DNA of 64,000 bases from Laetmonice hystrix (lineage: Eukaryota): the NCBI GenBank assembly GCA_965235115.1, contig OZ249445.1, positions 1,054,001 through 1,118,000 of the forward strand, written 5' to 3'. Shown here one piece after another: positions 62,385-64,000 of the stretch. Numbering within the stretch: the first letter of the stretch is position 1; each line of letters begins with the position of its first letter. The translations under genes and the position numbers were made by a program. The notes under the pieces were generated by a model. It was not told the origin of the DNA. It did no database searches and was given only the letters and a program-made list of their open reading frames with translations.

Positions 62385-62567
62385 AATTGGGATATGATAA
62401 TAATTGGGATATGATAATAATTGGATATGATAATAATTGGGATATGATAATAATTGGGATAGTATAATAATTGGGATATGATAATAATTGGGATATGATA
62501 ATAATTGGATATGATAATAATTGGATATGATAATAATTGGGATATTATAATAATTGGGATATGATCA
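62385..62567. repeat. 16/17-bp AT-rich tandem array (TTGGGATATGATAATAA)
   Basis: Read directly. Confidence 0.93.
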
Positions 62568-64000
62568 AAAGTATGCGATAAAGGCAAACAGTCAGAGATG
62601 TTGTACTATTTGATACGAGGACTGTAGCTACCTGTATGCCGGCTTTCTGACCCTCCCAGGCCAACCCACTCAACCGTGTCTGCCTGTCATCGTATCGGAA
62701 TGTTAAGTCAGGCAGTCACGCTCCCTCACTGTAATGATGCATACAGTACGGTTGCCGAAAAGTACAAAGTTCTTACGTTGGTAGATTTCTATCCTACGTT
62801 GCAGGATTGGGTCTTTTGCTGGAATACTTTCTCTCCTACGCTGCACATTTCGCTCTACTTTGGCCAAATTTCCTCTTCTTCACTAGGAATTCTCTATCTC
62901 GGCTTAATTCTCGTGTACGCTGGACCGTTCTTATTTCTCTTCTGTGTTGGACATTTCTCTTCTTTAAGAAATTATAGGTCAGCATGAACGACAACTCCTA
63001 GCGGAGAAGGGAAGTTCTACCAGCGTACTCTTGAGCGAAACGTGCAATGTTGCAGCGAAATAAGAGATAGTCCGACCGGCGCATGATGCATGTACTTATC
63101 GGCCACCGTACATGTAGACCCACATAAACATGTTACATTTACGTCAATAGAACGCATTCGACGGGCCGTAAGTTAGGTCAGGGGATTTTCCTTAAAGGGT
63201 GCGGTTGGTAAGACGTCTATCTTTTTCATGGCTGCTCTACCGTATCAGAATACATAACCCTGTGTAATCGTTCGTCTGACCGTGTCTGCCTAGAGATGGG
63301 GGAATTTTCATCATCAAATGTTAGGTACAAACTCCTAGAATATCTTACATCGAGACAACTCTGGCATGGTTTCTGCAATGTTGATACACTAGTCATTGCC
63401 CGTAATTATATCCTTGCAATGGTCGATTTTTTTCTTCATAAGGTCCTATCCTAACTCAATTATGTTTTAATAATACACTGAAAACATGTCCTGTAAAGTT
63501 GAATGTTTCTGGAAGTTTATCTACCAGTCGTCGCGAGAACCGCATGGTTCACCACGCTTTGTTACATCTTTGTCACCTCTGCAGCTAGTATCTAATGAAG
63601 GTGTGTTTCAAAGGAACATTAGAGGTTTGTATTGTGTGATGTTGGAAGTTAACCAAACATATAATGATTATCTTTTATTTGACATGGAAGCTGACCACCT
63701 CACCTGTCACGGCCAGACGGCTCACTGAGCCGACATACAGACTGATACTCTATTGACACACATTCCTCGATTGTAAGCACCATCACTTCCCAGCTACAAG
63801 GATGTTAAGGAACTTTCGGATCATAAAATTAACTCCGGCACCCCTCCTCGGCACCCGGGGTACCATGACTTGCCACTTATTATGTAGGCTATGTATGTGT
63901 TGGGAGGACGGGGGGGGGGGGGTATAGCAACCAACCCCATGATGTTCAGACCACTGCGCTATACTGAAGCTCCATCTCGCCGCCAGGGGCCCAGTGTATG

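Overview
This is animal (metazoan, probably invertebrate) genomic DNA, not prokaryotic. It contains no CRISPR, rRNA or tRNA that I can support. By hand tally about 45% of the window is tandem repeat, in about 55 mutually unrelated mini/microsatellite arrays, and there is one assembly gap (33573-33830). Two genes are recognisable, both on the minus strand. The first is a complete-looking 9-exon ETS transcription factor of the TEL/ETV6-ETV7/Yan group (PNT + ETS domains). Its CDS exons join in frame to 3075 nt / 1024 aa over 57168->40496. The second is the first coding exon of a tetraspanin (36505-36570), whose other exons I could not find. The most striking feature is that five of the 16 splice sites of the ETS gene are themselves the terminal unit of a tandem array, giving 3 to ~20 decoy donors or acceptors each. 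One intron is tiled almost entirely by a donor array plus an acceptor array, another holds ~66 AG|GTAAGG units, and two exons carry in-frame 39-bp coding minisatellites, one of which is also an array of RFX X-box motifs. All gene models and repeat counts were made by eye.
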